The notes: generated by a model not told the origin, from the letters alone. Shown: positions 28,141 through 39,092, counted from the stretch's first letter. The stretch is 64,000 bases of DNA from an uncultured Pseudomonadota bacterium (GCA_963836235.1 CAWIIP010000002.1:1184001-1248000), one strand, 5' to 3'. Made by a program: numbers and translations.

Positions 28141-28152
28141 GGGGTCTCCTAA

Positions 28153-28452
28153 TCAAGGCAAAGGCCGCCTTTTCTTCCAATAACCCGGCTTTCGGGATAA
28201 GTGTCCAACCGCGATAACGACGCATTGGTTGCCGGCGGGTCGATAGTAGATGCCGTAGGGAAACCATTTTAACAGACAGCGGCGTAACGACGGCGGGGCG
28301 ACGAGTGTCCAGGCTTCCGGATGGGTCTTAATCCGTTGAAGCCCATCCTGAACGGCCTCAAGAAACCTTTCTTCCAACCCCGGAAGTTGGGCTTGGTAAT
28401 ACCTGGCGGAGTCGAGAATATCCGACTTCGCGGCCGGAAGAATAATCATCAT
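28153..28452 (-). CDS. ParE/RelE-family toxin
   Basis: A..DI....YY....PGL..RF, RRCLLKWFPYGIYY, HLSRKPGYW. Confidence 0.88.
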   Translation of the reverse strand: MMIILPAAKSDILDSARYYQAQLPGLEERFLEAVQDGLQRIKTHPEAWTLVAPPSLRRCLLKWFPYGIYYRPAGNQCVVIAVGHLSRKPGYWKKRRPLP

Positions 28453-28805
28453 TTATTTTTGAGCTGCCTTCGGATTTGGGCGATGGCCTTGTCGGCCGGA
28501 ATGGCCTTGGTTTTACCATCCAGAAAATCCTGGTAACGCCTTTCACATTCGGCGATCCAGGCTTTAAGAACCTCCGGGTCATCCGCCATATAGGCCACCG
28601 CGGATTCGGCAGCTTGCGGCGGGGCACCCTTGGTCCGGTTCCTTCGGTGGCGGTACAGGTCTTCGTCGAAAGTTTCCTCTTTCAAGTCGCTCATTAAGGC
28701 CACCGGTTTTCCATGGGAAGTCAGGATGATTTCCTTCTCTTTTTTCAGCTGGTTCAAGACGGCACGCGGATGGTTTCGGACGTCGCGCAAAGGCACGAAT
28801 TTCAT
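28449..28805 (-). CDS. Phd-type antitoxin fused to an addiction-module-like C-terminus
   Basis: LTSHGKPVALM plus AWIAECERR...GK.KAIP. Confidence 0.75.
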   Translation of the reverse strand: MKFVPLRDVRNHPRAVLNQLKKEKEIILTSHGKPVALMSDLKEETFDEDLYRHRRNRTKGAPPQAAESAVAYMADDPEVLKAWIAECERRYQDFLDGKTKAIPADKAIAQIRRQLKNK

Positions 28806-28879
28806 GGGCCTCTCCTGTAGTCAAAATGTAGCTCAATTGTAGTCAAACCAGGGAGTGCCTTCAAGGAAACCCCTGGTAA

Positions 28880-28913
28880 TAAAAAAAGGGAACCCCTTTC
28901 GGGATTCCCCTTT
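28880..28913 (-). terminator. Rho-independent terminator of ahpC
   Basis: GGGAA-CCC/GGG-TTCCC stem followed by a U-tract on the minus strand. Confidence 0.6.
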
Positions 28914-28930
28914 AAAAACAAACTCCAAAC

Positions 28931-29452
28931 TTAGTTGATCGTCTTTTCTCCCGGAGTCCAGCCGCAGCCCGTCAGCTTGCCGGTCTCAAAGGCCGCCAAG
29001 GTGCGGATGGTCTCTTCCACGTTACGGCCGACGGCCGTGTCGTTCACGGTGGAATGCTTCAAATTCCCCTCGGGGTCGATGACGAAGGTGCCGCGCAAGG
29101 CGATGCCCTTATCCTCGATCAAGACGCCGTAGGCGCGGGAAATATGGTGGGCGGTGTCCGCCAAATGGGGGAACTTCAGCTTGCCCAGGCCGGCTTCCTG
29201 CCAGGCCTTGTGGCTGTAGACGCTGTCGGTGGAGGCCGTGATGACTTCGGCGCCCATCTTCTTGAACTCCTCGTACTTCTCGTTGAAGGCTTTGATTTCC
29301 GTCGGGCACACGAAGGTGAAATCGAGGGGGTAAAAGAACAAAACCACCCACTTCCCCTTATAGTCCGAAAGCTTCACTTCCTTAAACTCGCCATTCGGCA
29401 TTACCGCTTGTCCCTGAAAATCAGGGGCTTTTTGTCCCACTTGAACTGGCAT
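28931..29452 (-). CDS. ahpC: 2-Cys peroxiredoxin
   Basis: FFYPLDFTFVCPTE, ALRGTF, C-terminal GCGW. Confidence 0.92.
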   Translation of the reverse strand: MPVQVGQKAPDFQGQAVMPNGEFKEVKLSDYKGKWVVLFFYPLDFTFVCPTEIKAFNEKYEEFKKMGAEVITASTDSVYSHKAWQEAGLGKLKFPHLADTAHHISRAYGVLIEDKGIALRGTFVIDPEGNLKHSTVNDTAVGRNVEETIRTLAAFETGKLTGCGWTPGEKTIN

Positions 29453-29761
29453 CGCACGGCCTCCTTTTGATTTAACTTTTCACTGCTTTTGAGAGAGCTG
29501 TAGTATCCAAATCTCACCTACCCGGTTCAAGACCTTCTACAAAATAATTGCTCTTCCATCAGTATTTAAACCTAAAAACGGCAGTCGGGCCGCAAATCAG
29601 CGTAAATTTTCGCGGATTTAAAAGGCAAACCAAAAGAACTTCAAGAAAAGGCATCTCACCTTTTGGGTGAGGATTGGTGAATATTGTTTTTGTTTTAAAA
29701 TCAGCGTCAATTTGCGCAAATCCGCGGCAAATGGCTTTTTTTGATTTTTTGTTCGGAGTTC

Positions 29762-30772
29762 TTACTTCAACAGGGTTTGTTCAACGGGCCTTCGGTGGGT
29801 ATGGGGCCATTTCTTGTTTTCGGGCTGGCCAAAACGGACCAGCAAAACCGGCTCTTCCCCTTCCGCCGCCCCAAACCTTTGCCTTAATTCCGCGTGGCAA
29901 AATTCCAGGGAAATCGGAAGGTGGAGGATTTGGAAACCCAATTCCATTTCATTCAAAGTCAGCAATATCCTCTGCGTCCACCGGCCCGCGTTTAAATATC
30001 CCAGGGGACCCGGATTCCGGGTCGTCATCAACAAAAAGGCGGGGGCTTCGATCCCATGTCCCTGGCGCAGGAGCGCCTGCCGGGCGACTTCCTGGATTTC
30101 CTTCCCTAAAGCCAAGTACCTCAAAAAAGCGAAGCGAGCCTTCACCGAGATCGGCAGTCCGATGTGGGCCACCGGCAGACCTTCCGGCCCATTGGTTTTC
30201 GGGGTAATCCACCGGGCGCCTTCTTGGACCATAGCGGTTTTTCGGGAACCCTCGTGGGAAAGGTCGTGAAGAAGCAGGGACAACTCCTTGCGTTTCGCTT
30301 CCTCCGTCATGTAATGAATTTTTTCCTGGTCGGAAAAAGCCGGGAGGACCCAAAGCCGTTCCAAATGAATGTCCGCCACCGAGCCCGGTTTGTAGGCGCC
30401 CGCGTGGGAATGGCGGATCAGCAAAGTGGAAAAGAGGGGCTCGGGCATCACTTCCGAAACGGGCTTTAGTTCCAAGCGCGCGGCGGGAAAAAGTTTTTTT
30501 CCCGAGAGCCCTTGGGGAAAAAGCTTTTCATGGACTTCATATCCCAAGGCGGGGCCGGCGAGAACGATATTCTCCAGGCAAGCGCCCAAGGCCAGGTACA
30601 ACTCCCTTTGGCCGGGGTCCAATTCCAAGGGCCGGGCCCGCGCTTCATCCGGATAAACCTCGATCGCGCCGTCGGAGGCGCTAAGGGAAAACTTCCAGGG
30701 CTGGCTGTTATAAATGGAAGGGGCCAGAACGGCATATTCCAAAAGCCGCCGTTGGATTTTGTCGTAGCTCAT
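29762..30772 (-). CDS. Acg-family nitroreductase-like protein
   Basis: AVLAPSIYNSQPW, LGACLEN, VRFG. Confidence 0.8.
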   Translation of the reverse strand: MSYDKIQRRLLEYAVLAPSIYNSQPWKFSLSASDGAIEVYPDEARARPLELDPGQRELYLALGACLENIVLAGPALGYEVHEKLFPQGLSGKKLFPAARLELKPVSEVMPEPLFSTLLIRHSHAGAYKPGSVADIHLERLWVLPAFSDQEKIHYMTEEAKRKELSLLLHDLSHEGSRKTAMVQEGARWITPKTNGPEGLPVAHIGLPISVKARFAFLRYLALGKEIQEVARQALLRQGHGIEAPAFLLMTTRNPGPLGYLNAGRWTQRILLTLNEMELGFQILHLPISLEFCHAELRQRFGAAEGEEPVLLVRFGQPENKKWPHTHRRPVEQTLLK

Positions 30773-30871
30773 CGTAAATCCCCGTTCAAAACGAGTTTGA
30801 AAGCGGCCCAAAGTCGGGGTTGGACTTTTTCCCCCGGCTGTTACAATAGTCCAAGACGAACAAGGAATCCA

Positions 30872-31309
30872 ATGCCCAACGACGATACTCAAATTAAAAT
30901 GCTGACCCTGGAGGAGGCCAATGCCCTTCTCCCCCAGATCCGCCTGACCTTGAAGTCCCTGCGGGAAATGCGTTCGGGTATTTTACGCACCCAGGCCCAG
31001 ATTGAGATTGAGGAAATGACGAATACCGCCTCTGAGGGGGAGCTGACCCCCCGGGGCAAGGCCGCCGTGACCAAGCAAATGGAGGCTTTTCACCAGCAAA
31101 CCCGTCAATTCGAGGAAAGATTGGAACAGCTGTTTCAATCGGGCGCCCACTTGAAGGACCTGGATAAGGGATTGGTTGATTTTTACTCCCGCCGCGGCAC
31201 AGAGATCATTTTTCTCTGTTGGATAGAAGGCGAGGAGGAAATCGGCCATTGGCATACCCTCCAGGGCGGTTTCCCCAGCCGCAAACCCCTCGACCATCCC
31301 CGCTTCTAA
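30872..31309 (+). CDS. DUF2203 protein
   Basis: TLEEANALLP, KDLDKGLVDF, LCW..GE..I.HWH...GGF..R. Confidence 0.88.
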   Translation: MPNDDTQIKMLTLEEANALLPQIRLTLKSLREMRSGILRTQAQIEIEEMTNTASEGELTPRGKAAVTKQMEAFHQQTRQFEERLEQLFQSGAHLKDLDKGLVDFYSRRGTEIIFLCWIEGEEEIGHWHTLQGGFPSRKPLDHPRF

Positions 31310-31425
31310 AACCCTGAAAAACCGGGCTTATTTGTTCCCCTCTTTTAACGCGCTCGCCTATTCATTCAAAATCATTTGTGTTAATTTGTCCGTCCGACGC
31401 CGTTTATCCCACGAAGGAGCCTTTC

Positions 31426-33432
31426 ATGTCCAAACCCTTTGACCAAGCCGATACCCTAGCGATTAATACCATTCGGATGCTGGCCGTGGACGCCACCGCC
31501 AAGGCCAATTCGGGCCATCCCGGCATGCCCATGGGCATGGCCGCCGTCGCCCACGTGCTTTGGAGCCGCCACCTGAAACATTCGCCTTCCAACCCCCATT
31601 GGACGGACCGGGACCGTTTCGTGCTGTCCGCCGGCCACGGTTCCATGCTGATCTACTCCCTTCTTCACTTACACGGCTACAACCTGTCCCTGGAAGAGCT
31701 AAAAAATTTCCGCCAATGGGGCAGCAAAACCCCCGGCCATCCCGAATATGGCCACACCGAGGGCGTGGAAACCACCACCGGCCCCTTGGGACAGGGCATC
31801 GCCACCGCCGTGGGTTTCGCCATGGGAGAGAGGATCATGGCCGCCCGCTTCGGGGACGAACTGGTGAACCATAAAACCTGGGTCATCGCCTCCGACGGCG
31901 ACCTGCAGGAAGGCGTGTCCCACGAGGCTTGCTCGCTGGCCGGACATTTGAAGCTGGCCAACCTCAAGGTGATTTACGACGACAACCATATTTCCATCGA
32001 GGGCGATACCAACCTGGCCTTTTCCGAGGACGTCTTGAAGCGCTATGAGGCCTATGGGTGGCACACCCTTCGGGTGACCGACGCCAACGACCTGGAAGCC
32101 CTGGATAAAGCCATGGCGGAAGCCGCGGCGGAAACCAAGCGCCCCTCCATCATCGCGGTGCGCTCCCACATCGGTTACGGAAGCCCGCTGCAAGACAGCG
32201 CCAAGGTGCATGGAAGCGCCATCCCGGCCGACATGATCGTGAAGACCAAGGAATTTTTCAAATGGCCCCAGGAACCCACCTTTTATATCCCTGAAGAAGG
32301 CAAGAAGCGCTGCCTGGAATCGGTGGAGAAGGGAAAGAAGGTCGAGGCGGATTGGAATACCAAGCGGGATGCTTATGCCAAAGCCAATCCGGACAAGTAC
32401 AAGCAGTTCCAGCAGGCCCTGGCGAAGGAACTTCCCGCGGACTTGGAAAAGAAACTGCCGGTCTTCCCGGCGGATGAGAAGGGCCTGGCCACCCGCCAGG
32501 CATCCGGCAAGACCATCAACGCCATCGCGAAGGAAGTTCCCTTCTTTTACGGCGGCTCGGCAGACCTGGCCGGCTCCAACGACACCTTGATCGACAAGGG
32601 CGGGGATTTCGAGGCGAATAATTACCTGGGGCGCATTTTTCATTTCGGCATCCGTGAGCATGGCATGGCGGCGGCCTTGAACGGCATGGCCTTGCACGGC
32701 GGGGTGATTCCCTTCGGCGCCACCTTCCTGATGTTCAACGACTATATGAAGCCCGCCTACCGACTGGCCCACCTGATGGGCGTGCAATCCATCTTTGTCT
32801 ACACCCACGATTCCATCGGCCAAGGCGAGGACGGCCCCACCCACCAACCGGTCGAAACCCTGGCCGCCATGCGGGCCACCCCGAACGGCTGTGTCCTGCG
32901 CCCCGGCGATTCAGCCGAGGTACCCTATGCCTGGCTGGCCGCTCTTCAGCGCAAGAACGCCCCGACCGCGTTGGTTTTCTCCCGGCAAGCCGTACCCACC
33001 TATGACCGTACCAAGTTCGCTCCCGCGTCCGGAACCTTGAAAGGGGCTTATACCTTTTCAGAGGCCAAGGGCGGCAAACCCCAGGTGATCCTGATCGGCA
33101 CCGGCTCGGAATTGCAACTTTGCGTGAAGGCCCAGGAAGCTCTGGAAAAGGAAGGGATTATGGCCCGGGTGGTCAGCGCCCCCTCGCTGGAACTCTTCGC
33201 CGCCCAACCCGCCTCATACCAAGATGAGGTTCTTCCGCCATCGGTGAAGGCCCGGGTCGTCGTGGAAGCCGCGACTTCCTTCGGCTGGCAACGCTGGGCG
33301 GGGGACCATGGCCGGTTTGTGACCCTAGAGCGCTTCGGAGCCAGCGCGCCCGGCGCCGTGGCCCTGAAAAACCTGGGCTTCACCCCCGAAAACGTGGTCA
33401 AGGCGGCGAAGGAAAGCCTAAAGTCTATCTGA
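31426..33432 (+). CDS. tkt: Transketolase
   Basis: [31 protein letters not shown]. Confidence 0.97.
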   Translation: MSKPFDQADTLAINTIRMLAVDATAKANSGHPGMPMGMAAVAHVLWSRHLKHSPSNPHWTDRDRFVLSAGHGSMLIYSLLHLHGYNLSLEELKNFRQWGSKTPGHPEYGHTEGVETTTGPLGQGIATAVGFAMGERIMAARFGDELVNHKTWVIASDGDLQEGVSHEACSLAGHLKLANLKVIYDDNHISIEGDTNLAFSEDVLKRYEAYGWHTLRVTDANDLEALDKAMAEAAAETKRPSIIAVRSHIGYGSPLQDSAKVHGSAIPADMIVKTKEFFKWPQEPTFYIPEEGKKRCLESVEKGKKVEADWNTKRDAYAKANPDKYKQFQQALAKELPADLEKKLPVFPADEKGLATRQASGKTINAIAKEVPFFYGGSADLAGSNDTLIDKGGDFEANNYLGRIFHFGIREHGMAAALNGMALHGGVIPFGATFLMFNDYMKPAYRLAHLMGVQSIFVYTHDSIGQGEDGPTHQPVETLAAMRATPNGCVLRPGDSAEVPYAWLAALQRKNAPTALVFSRQAVPTYDRTKFAPASGTLKGAYTFSEAKGGKPQVILIGTGSELQLCVKAQEALEKEGIMARVVSAPSLELFAAQPASYQDEVLPPSVKARVVVEAATSFGWQRWAGDHGRFVTLERFGASAPGAVALKNLGFTPENVVKAAKESLKSI

Positions 33433-33456
33433 TCTTAAATCTTTAAGAAGCCATCC

Positions 33457-33620
33457 GTCATTGCGAGGTCCAGCCCCAATCGGGGCGGGTTGGACCGTGG
33501 CAATCTCAGGTTGTTCGTATTAAACAAACGTCACAACCTGAGATTGCCACGTCGCAAACCGTACCAATATCCATATCTGTTCATTTTATTATGGAAATTG
33601 GCACAGCTCCTCGGAATGAC
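33457..33620. repeat. REP-like element (GTCATTGCGAG...GCAATCTC...GAGATTGC...AATGAC)
   Basis: Nested inverted repeats; a fragment GTCATTGCGAG also lies at ~23330. Confidence 0.7.
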
Positions 33621-33668
33621 AGCAGGGACGCTTTTGCCAAAGTCAAAAAATAACTCTAGAATGCCGCC

Positions 33669-34247
33669 ATGATCACCACCACCCACGTCATCCTGAACAC
33701 CGCCCTCTTGGGCCGAAAAAAACACCCCGAACGGAACTGGCCCCTGGTGTTGGGCTCAATACTTCCCGATCTGCCGATGATCCTTTTCGCCCTTTTGACG
33801 GTGTTTACCCATGGCCGCCTTCACGCCCCGGGAAAAGCGGGTTTTATAAGCGAATATCATTTCCGCCAGCTCTGGGTGGATTGGGGCCACTCCATTCCCC
33901 TGGCAGCGGCGGGGATATTGATTTGCCTGCTTTTCAAGAGCGACTGGGGGCTTTATTTTTTCTCCGCCATGGGCCTGCATGACCTGGAAGACCTTCCCGT
34001 TCACGCCGAATACGCCCACCGGCATTTTTTGCCCTTCAGCGATTGGCGTTTCTCCAGCCCTATTTCCTATTCCGATCCCAGGTACCACGCCGACATCGTG
34101 GCGCCCCTGGAATGGCTGATTGTTTTGGTTTGCATCGGCATCCTCTGGCGCCGGGGGCTTTCTCCCAGGGTCCAAACCCTTTTATTGTTCGTCGGTGTTT
34201 TCCAGGGCCTCTGGCTGCTTTTTGAATATGGAGGTATCCGATGGTAA
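33669..34247 (+). CDS. Membrane metal-dependent hydrolase-like protein
   Basis: TTTH, GSILPD, HS, HDLEDLPVH..YAHRHF.PFSDWRF.SP. Confidence 0.7.
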   Translation: MITTTHVILNTALLGRKKHPERNWPLVLGSILPDLPMILFALLTVFTHGRLHAPGKAGFISEYHFRQLWVDWGHSIPLAAAGILICLLFKSDWGLYFFSAMGLHDLEDLPVHAEYAHRHFLPFSDWRFSSPISYSDPRYHADIVAPLEWLIVLVCIGILWRRGLSPRVQTLLLFVGVFQGLWLLFEYGGIRW

Positions 34248-34332
34248 TCTCTATGCCAAAACCCATTAGATAGAAAGAGATAACGTGATTCGAGTCCAGT
34301 TTGGGAAAGCATTACAAAAAAATGGTGATTTT

Positions 34333-35268
34333 ATGAAGTCTAAAAAAATACGATACCCAAAAAATGTTTGTTTCTTGGATATCGAAACCCATAAAACTAA
34401 TTTGAGGATTAAAGAAGATTCAAAAGTTGCTGTGGTTGGTCTTAAATTTTACAAATACAAGAAGTCCAAATATAAGCATGTTGGTTATAAATATTATTTA
34501 GAAAATGAGTTAAAAAATTTAGGACGTTTTCTAACCGGTTTTAACGGTCTTATTGTTGGATACAATACGTATCGATTTGATTACATAGTTTTGAAAAAAT
34601 ACTTTTCTTTTAAAAAAATTATTCCAAAATCCGTCGATCTCTTGTTTCTTTTAAGATCATTTAATTCATCCTACAGAGGACTCTCTTTAAACGATGTTTG
34701 TAGATTAAATTTCAAGATTGGAAAAACAATTAAGGGTCGAGCAATTCCAAAATTGTGGCTTTTGGGGGAAAAAGAAAAAGTAATTAAATATAACGAGAAC
34801 GATTGCTATTTAACATTTAGGTTATGGGAGAAAATGATCTTCGAAGGCGAAATTGATCTTACGAAGTGGCAATGGAATGAAGGCAGAGATACAAAAATAA
34901 TACTTAATGCCCTTGAAAATAAATACTTAATTGGAAAATTCCCGTGCACTTATTTCCTATGGGATAGAGAAAAAAATAACACTGAATATTTTTCTTTTCA
35001 AGATTTGAAGTTTGAAATGAAAATCCACAAGTATCCTAATGGGATTGGGGATTTAGAGGAACAATATGCCATGTGGAAAGATCGAATAAAAAATAGGCGT
35101 TTCCAATCAAAAGCTAAACATAAGTTAGCCGAAATACGATTAGAACGTATTCGGTTGAAAATGGTCGAAACCCCTTTGCGATCAAAATACTGGCCTTTTG
35201 CAAAAATAAACCGATTTATAAATTTCCCTATTTATAAATCGGTTAGCATGAATAGCCAATTATTTTGA
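34333..35268 (+). CDS. RNase H-like (YprB/RNase_H_2) domain protein, AT-rich
   Basis: FLDIET, VGYN..RFD, YNENDC acidic motifs. Confidence 0.75.
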   Translation: MKSKKIRYPKNVCFLDIETHKTNLRIKEDSKVAVVGLKFYKYKKSKYKHVGYKYYLENELKNLGRFLTGFNGLIVGYNTYRFDYIVLKKYFSFKKIIPKSVDLLFLLRSFNSSYRGLSLNDVCRLNFKIGKTIKGRAIPKLWLLGEKEKVIKYNENDCYLTFRLWEKMIFEGEIDLTKWQWNEGRDTKIILNALENKYLIGKFPCTYFLWDREKNNTEYFSFQDLKFEMKIHKYPNGIGDLEEQYAMWKDRIKNRRFQSKAKHKLAEIRLERIRLKMVETPLRSKYWPFAKINRFINFPIYKSVSMNSQLF

Positions 35269-36165
35269 TTTAAGTAGCGAGGCCGCCGCTTCGTCCAAGG
35301 CGAAAACAAGCTTCCCGTCCGAAGGCCGCAAATATTGGACCGGGTACCGGGGCGGGTCCGAAGGGCCTTTCAGGACTTCCTTGGCCATCTTGGCTTTCTT
35401 CTCCCCTTCCAGTAACACCAACAGGAACCGCGAGGCGTTGAGGACCGGAAAAGTAAGTGAAACCCTTTCTTTGCGCGCCTTGTCCACGAAATAGCCCACC
35501 ACCCATCTTTCCAGCTCGTTCACCTGGGGCATGCCGGGAAAAAGGCTGGCGGTATGGCCATCGTCACCCATCCCCATAAGGGCCAGGTCAAAGCGAGGCA
35601 GGGCTCCCGTCCCGAAAAACTTTCCCATCTTCATCTCGTAGGAGGACGCCGCCCTCTCCACCGGCTGGCTGCCGTCGGTCATGGGAAAAACATTGGCCGC
35701 CGGAATGGGCGCCTTGAAAAGAAGGTATTCCTGGATCATGCGGTAATTGCTGGTTTCATCGTCCAGGGGAACATGGCGCTCGTCCACGAAGAAGAAATAG
35801 GTCTTGTCCCAGGGAATCAGCGAGTAGTAGGGTTCTTCGGTCAACTGCTGGAACAGCCCCTTGGGGGTCGTGCCACCGGAGAGGGCCGCCACGAAACGCC
35901 CCCGAGCGTTGACCGCTTCCCGGGCGATTTGCATCACCTGGTGGGCCGTCTCCTGGACCAGGGTCTCGGGAGTGTCGTAAACGCGGATCTCCGGCTCAAA
36001 CTTCAACCTTTTGAGTTTCGCGGTTTTGGAAGCAAGGGGCACAATTTTTTTCGAGGAAGACTTTTTAGGGGAAGAAGCCGGGGCTTTGGATTTAGACGGC
36101 TTGGAACGGACTGCTTTTTTCTTCATGGCCATGATTTTCCTCCACCGTCTATGCTTTTTCCTCAA
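35260..36165 (-). CDS. pgl: 6-phosphogluconolactonase
   Basis: ALSGGTTP, VDERHVP, SNY, GMGDDGHTASLFP. Confidence 0.93.
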   Translation of the reverse strand: MRKKHRRWRKIMAMKKKAVRSKPSKSKAPASSPKKSSSKKIVPLASKTAKLKRLKFEPEIRVYDTPETLVQETAHQVMQIAREAVNARGRFVAALSGGTTPKGLFQQLTEEPYYSLIPWDKTYFFFVDERHVPLDDETSNYRMIQEYLLFKAPIPAANVFPMTDGSQPVERAASSYEMKMGKFFGTGALPRFDLALMGMGDDGHTASLFPGMPQVNELERWVVGYFVDKARKERVSLTFPVLNASRFLLVLLEGEKKAKMAKEVLKGPSDPPRYPVQYLRPSDGKLVFALDEAAASLLKSK

Positions 36166-37264
36166 GGGTTAATTTGGGTTTCATTAAAACCGTTCCCGCG
36201 AATTGCAGTGTCTTTTTCCAAACCTGGTCTTCTTCCAAATGCTTTAATCCCAGATTCAAGAGTTCGTTGGAATGGAGATGCTCGAAAGTAAGGGTTCGTG
36301 AAAAAGCCACCTTATGATTGACCTCGGATCGGGCGACAACACAATGCGGATCCTGGTCCCGTACCACGGTAAAAAGGCCGGGTGTTTCCCCGCCGGTTTG
36401 GATGCCCACGGCGAAAATCCTGTCCCGCTTGATGTCCGGCACGGGAACGGGTTTCAGCAAAACCTCCGCTTTTCCTTGCGGCGTTTCAAAAGCCAATTGG
36501 TTGGAGAACTCGGTAAGCCGAGGGCCTATGTATTTCCACCCCAACCGGGAGGCGATCCAACAGGCTAGGAAAAAGCTCCGGGTGGGCTGGGTGCCTTGGC
36601 CGTATTCAATGGTGACCCGGTTGATTTCCTTGAGATAACCGGACCATTCCCCGTCGAACATCTCGGCGATCAGGGCCCGCCATCTTTGGATGCGGATCCA
36701 ATTGAGGTCTCCCAAAAGGGTATGGGGATAGCGGCTGTTCCAGAAAGTGGATAGCCGGGCGAAGGATGGGATGGGCTTTTTGAACTTGGAGGAATCCAGC
36801 CAAACACGGTTGGATTCTTGGGCCATTTTCTCGAAATAAAGATTTTCATAGGGCAGGTCGCCGGGCCACCAAAATTCCACCGGCAAGTCGGGCATCAGCA
36901 GCGAGAAGGTAAAGCCATAGAGGTTCTCGATGACTTCGGACTGAGCCACCAGCTTGATAATGTCGCAACAGACCCGCTTTTCCCGTCCCGCCCCGAACAG
37001 GCAATGGCCGGAAACGTAATAACGCAAGGGGGGCTCAGTGAGATCGGCGGCGGGCCGCACCAAGATGTAACGCCCCGGGTGTTTTTCCGCCAAATCGTTC
37101 AGGATCTGTTCCACCCGGTAGCCTTCCTCGTGATCGGAAGCGTAAGCCACCAGGTTGGTGGTATAGACCCTTTGGAGGCCTAATTCCTTGGTTGTTTTAT
37201 CCCCGGACGAGTCTTTCCAAAGGTCCGCCACGTCTTTTTCGATGGTTTGGGCTGAGATTGTCAT
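36149..37264 (-). CDS. opcA: G6PDH assembly protein OpcA
   Basis: NLV, HPGR, LL.PDLPV.FWW, DLNW.R..WR; lies between zwf and pgl. Confidence 0.88.
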   Translation of the reverse strand: MTISAQTIEKDVADLWKDSSGDKTTKELGLQRVYTTNLVAYASDHEEGYRVEQILNDLAEKHPGRYILVRPAADLTEPPLRYYVSGHCLFGAGREKRVCCDIIKLVAQSEVIENLYGFTFSLLMPDLPVEFWWPGDLPYENLYFEKMAQESNRVWLDSSKFKKPIPSFARLSTFWNSRYPHTLLGDLNWIRIQRWRALIAEMFDGEWSGYLKEINRVTIEYGQGTQPTRSFFLACWIASRLGWKYIGPRLTEFSNQLAFETPQGKAEVLLKPVPVPDIKRDRIFAVGIQTGGETPGLFTVVRDQDPHCVVARSEVNHKVAFSRTLTFEHLHSNELLNLGLKHLEEDQVWKKTLQFAGTVLMKPKLTLEEKA

Positions 37265-37364
37265 GCATACACCTTTAACAAAAGCTATTGGCGGTTAGCC
37301 GATGGCTGTTGGCTGGAACCTTCCTAAAAGGTAAGGGCCAATCGCTATCCGCTAACAGCGGTTG

Positions 37365-38900
37365 TTACATCCGCCGCCACTTACGCCAGGGCTTTTCTAA
37401 CATCTTGTCGGCTTCCGCCGGGCCCCAGCTTCCCGCCTCGTAATTGGGAAAATCGCCCTCGGGTTCGGTGGTTTCCCAGTGTTTGATGACCGGCATGAGG
37501 GCGCCCCATGCCGCTTCCGTCTCGTCGCCGCGGATAAAAAGGGTGGCGTCCCCCAGCATGCAATCTAACAGAAGCCTTTCATATGCTTCCGAGGTGCCTT
37601 CGGCGAAAGTCGTGCCGTAGCGGAAGTCCATATTGACCGTCCGGGCTTCCATGGTCATGCCGGGCACCTTGGTCTCGAATTTCAAGGTTATTCCCTCGTC
37701 GGGCTGGATGCGCACCACCAGCACGTTGGGAGAAAGGTCGGTGACGTTGTTTTTGAATAACAGATTGGGGGGCTCTTTGAACTGGATGGCCACTTCAGTG
37801 GTGCGTTTCGGCAGACGCTTACCCGAGCGAAGGAGGAAAGGCACGCCGTGCCACCGCCAGGTATCGAGAAAGACCTTGATGGCGGCGTAAGTGGGGGTGA
37901 TGGATTTGGGATCAACGCCCTCTTCCTGACGGTAACCGGGAACCCGCTCCCCCGCCAAATAGCCGGGGCCGTACTGCCCCCGCACCGCCCATTGGGTCAG
38001 CGTATGCTCGTCGAAAGGCCGGATGGATTTTAAAATTTTTAATTTTTCGTCCCGGATAGCGTTGGCTTCGTAACTGACCGGTGGCTCCATGGCGATGAGG
38101 CACATAACCTGGAAAAGATGGTTTTGGAACATGTCCCTCAAAATCCCCGAACTCTCGTAATAACCCGCGCGGCTTCCCACTCCCAAGTCCTCGGAGGCGG
38201 TGATTTGGACATGGTCCACGTGGCGGCGGTCCCAAATGGGCTCGAAAATGGAATTGGCGAAACGCATGACCAAAAGATTTTGGACCGTTTCCTTGCCCAG
38301 GTAATGGTCGATGCGGTAAATCTGGTGTTCCCGGAAGACTTCCTTCACATGAAGGTTCAATTCCTTGGCCGAGTCCAGATCGTGGCCGAAGGGCTTCTCA
38401 ATGACGACTCGGGAATATCCCTTGTCTTCCTTGGCTAAGCCCGCCGCCCCCAGGTTGAAAATGATATTCTCAAAAACGTTAGGCGGGGTGGAAAGGTAAA
38501 AAATACGGTTGCCGGACGTTCCATTTTCCCTGTCCTTCTCATCCAACAAGGTGGAAAGGCTTTGGTAGGCCTTCATGTCGTCATATCCGCCCGCAATGTA
38601 ATGGAAGTTTTGGGAAAAGCTGTCCCAAAGGGAATCGGATAATTGGGGTTCGGTTTGCTTTAAGGAATCCTTCAGCTTTTGCTTAAATTCCTCGTCGCTC
38701 ATCTTGGAACGCGACAGGCCCACCAGGCTGAAAGATGTGGGTAAAAGGTGCTTCTGGTAAAGGTCGAAGAGGGCCGGTACCAGTTTGCGGTGGGTCAGGT
38801 CCCCCGAAGCTCCGTAAATAACCAGGCTGCAGGGAGCGGGGACACGGTCGGACGACAGTCCTTGACGCAGGGGATTTTCCAACAGGGTGGGTGTGGCCAT
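37365..38900 (-). CDS. zwf: Glucose-6-phosphate dehydrogenase
   Basis: GASGDL, EKPFG, RIDHYLGKE. Confidence 0.97.
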   Translation of the reverse strand: MATPTLLENPLRQGLSSDRVPAPCSLVIYGASGDLTHRKLVPALFDLYQKHLLPTSFSLVGLSRSKMSDEEFKQKLKDSLKQTEPQLSDSLWDSFSQNFHYIAGGYDDMKAYQSLSTLLDEKDRENGTSGNRIFYLSTPPNVFENIIFNLGAAGLAKEDKGYSRVVIEKPFGHDLDSAKELNLHVKEVFREHQIYRIDHYLGKETVQNLLVMRFANSIFEPIWDRRHVDHVQITASEDLGVGSRAGYYESSGILRDMFQNHLFQVMCLIAMEPPVSYEANAIRDEKLKILKSIRPFDEHTLTQWAVRGQYGPGYLAGERVPGYRQEEGVDPKSITPTYAAIKVFLDTWRWHGVPFLLRSGKRLPKRTTEVAIQFKEPPNLLFKNNVTDLSPNVLVVRIQPDEGITLKFETKVPGMTMEARTVNMDFRYGTTFAEGTSEAYERLLLDCMLGDATLFIRGDETEAAWGALMPVIKHWETTEPEGDFPNYEAGSWGPAEADKMLEKPWRKWRRM

Positions 38901-39092
38901 GGAAACCTCGCTGGGGAAAAAATAGAAGCCTTATATCGGGCTTCAGCAAGAGGGATTATTTTAGTGGTTTATTTGAACAGAGGCTTGTTTTTCTTTCAAG
39001 TCCGGCCCAAACTCAAAAGAAGTTCGATTTTATGGTGAAAATGATCGGCTTTTTATATTCGCCGTAAATTTTAGTTTGGCCCTAGGAAATCC

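Noticed and set aside
31699-32847. Long antisense ORFs (also 53250-54416, 61251-62198, 35554-36291)
   Set aside because: They are shadows of GC-rich, well-supported genes on the opposite strand.
37283-37364. Heptamer-like inverted repeats (GCTATTGGCGGTTAGC...; similar at ~45390-45445)
   Set aside because: Short degenerate intergenic repeats with no linked gene or clear boundaries in this window.
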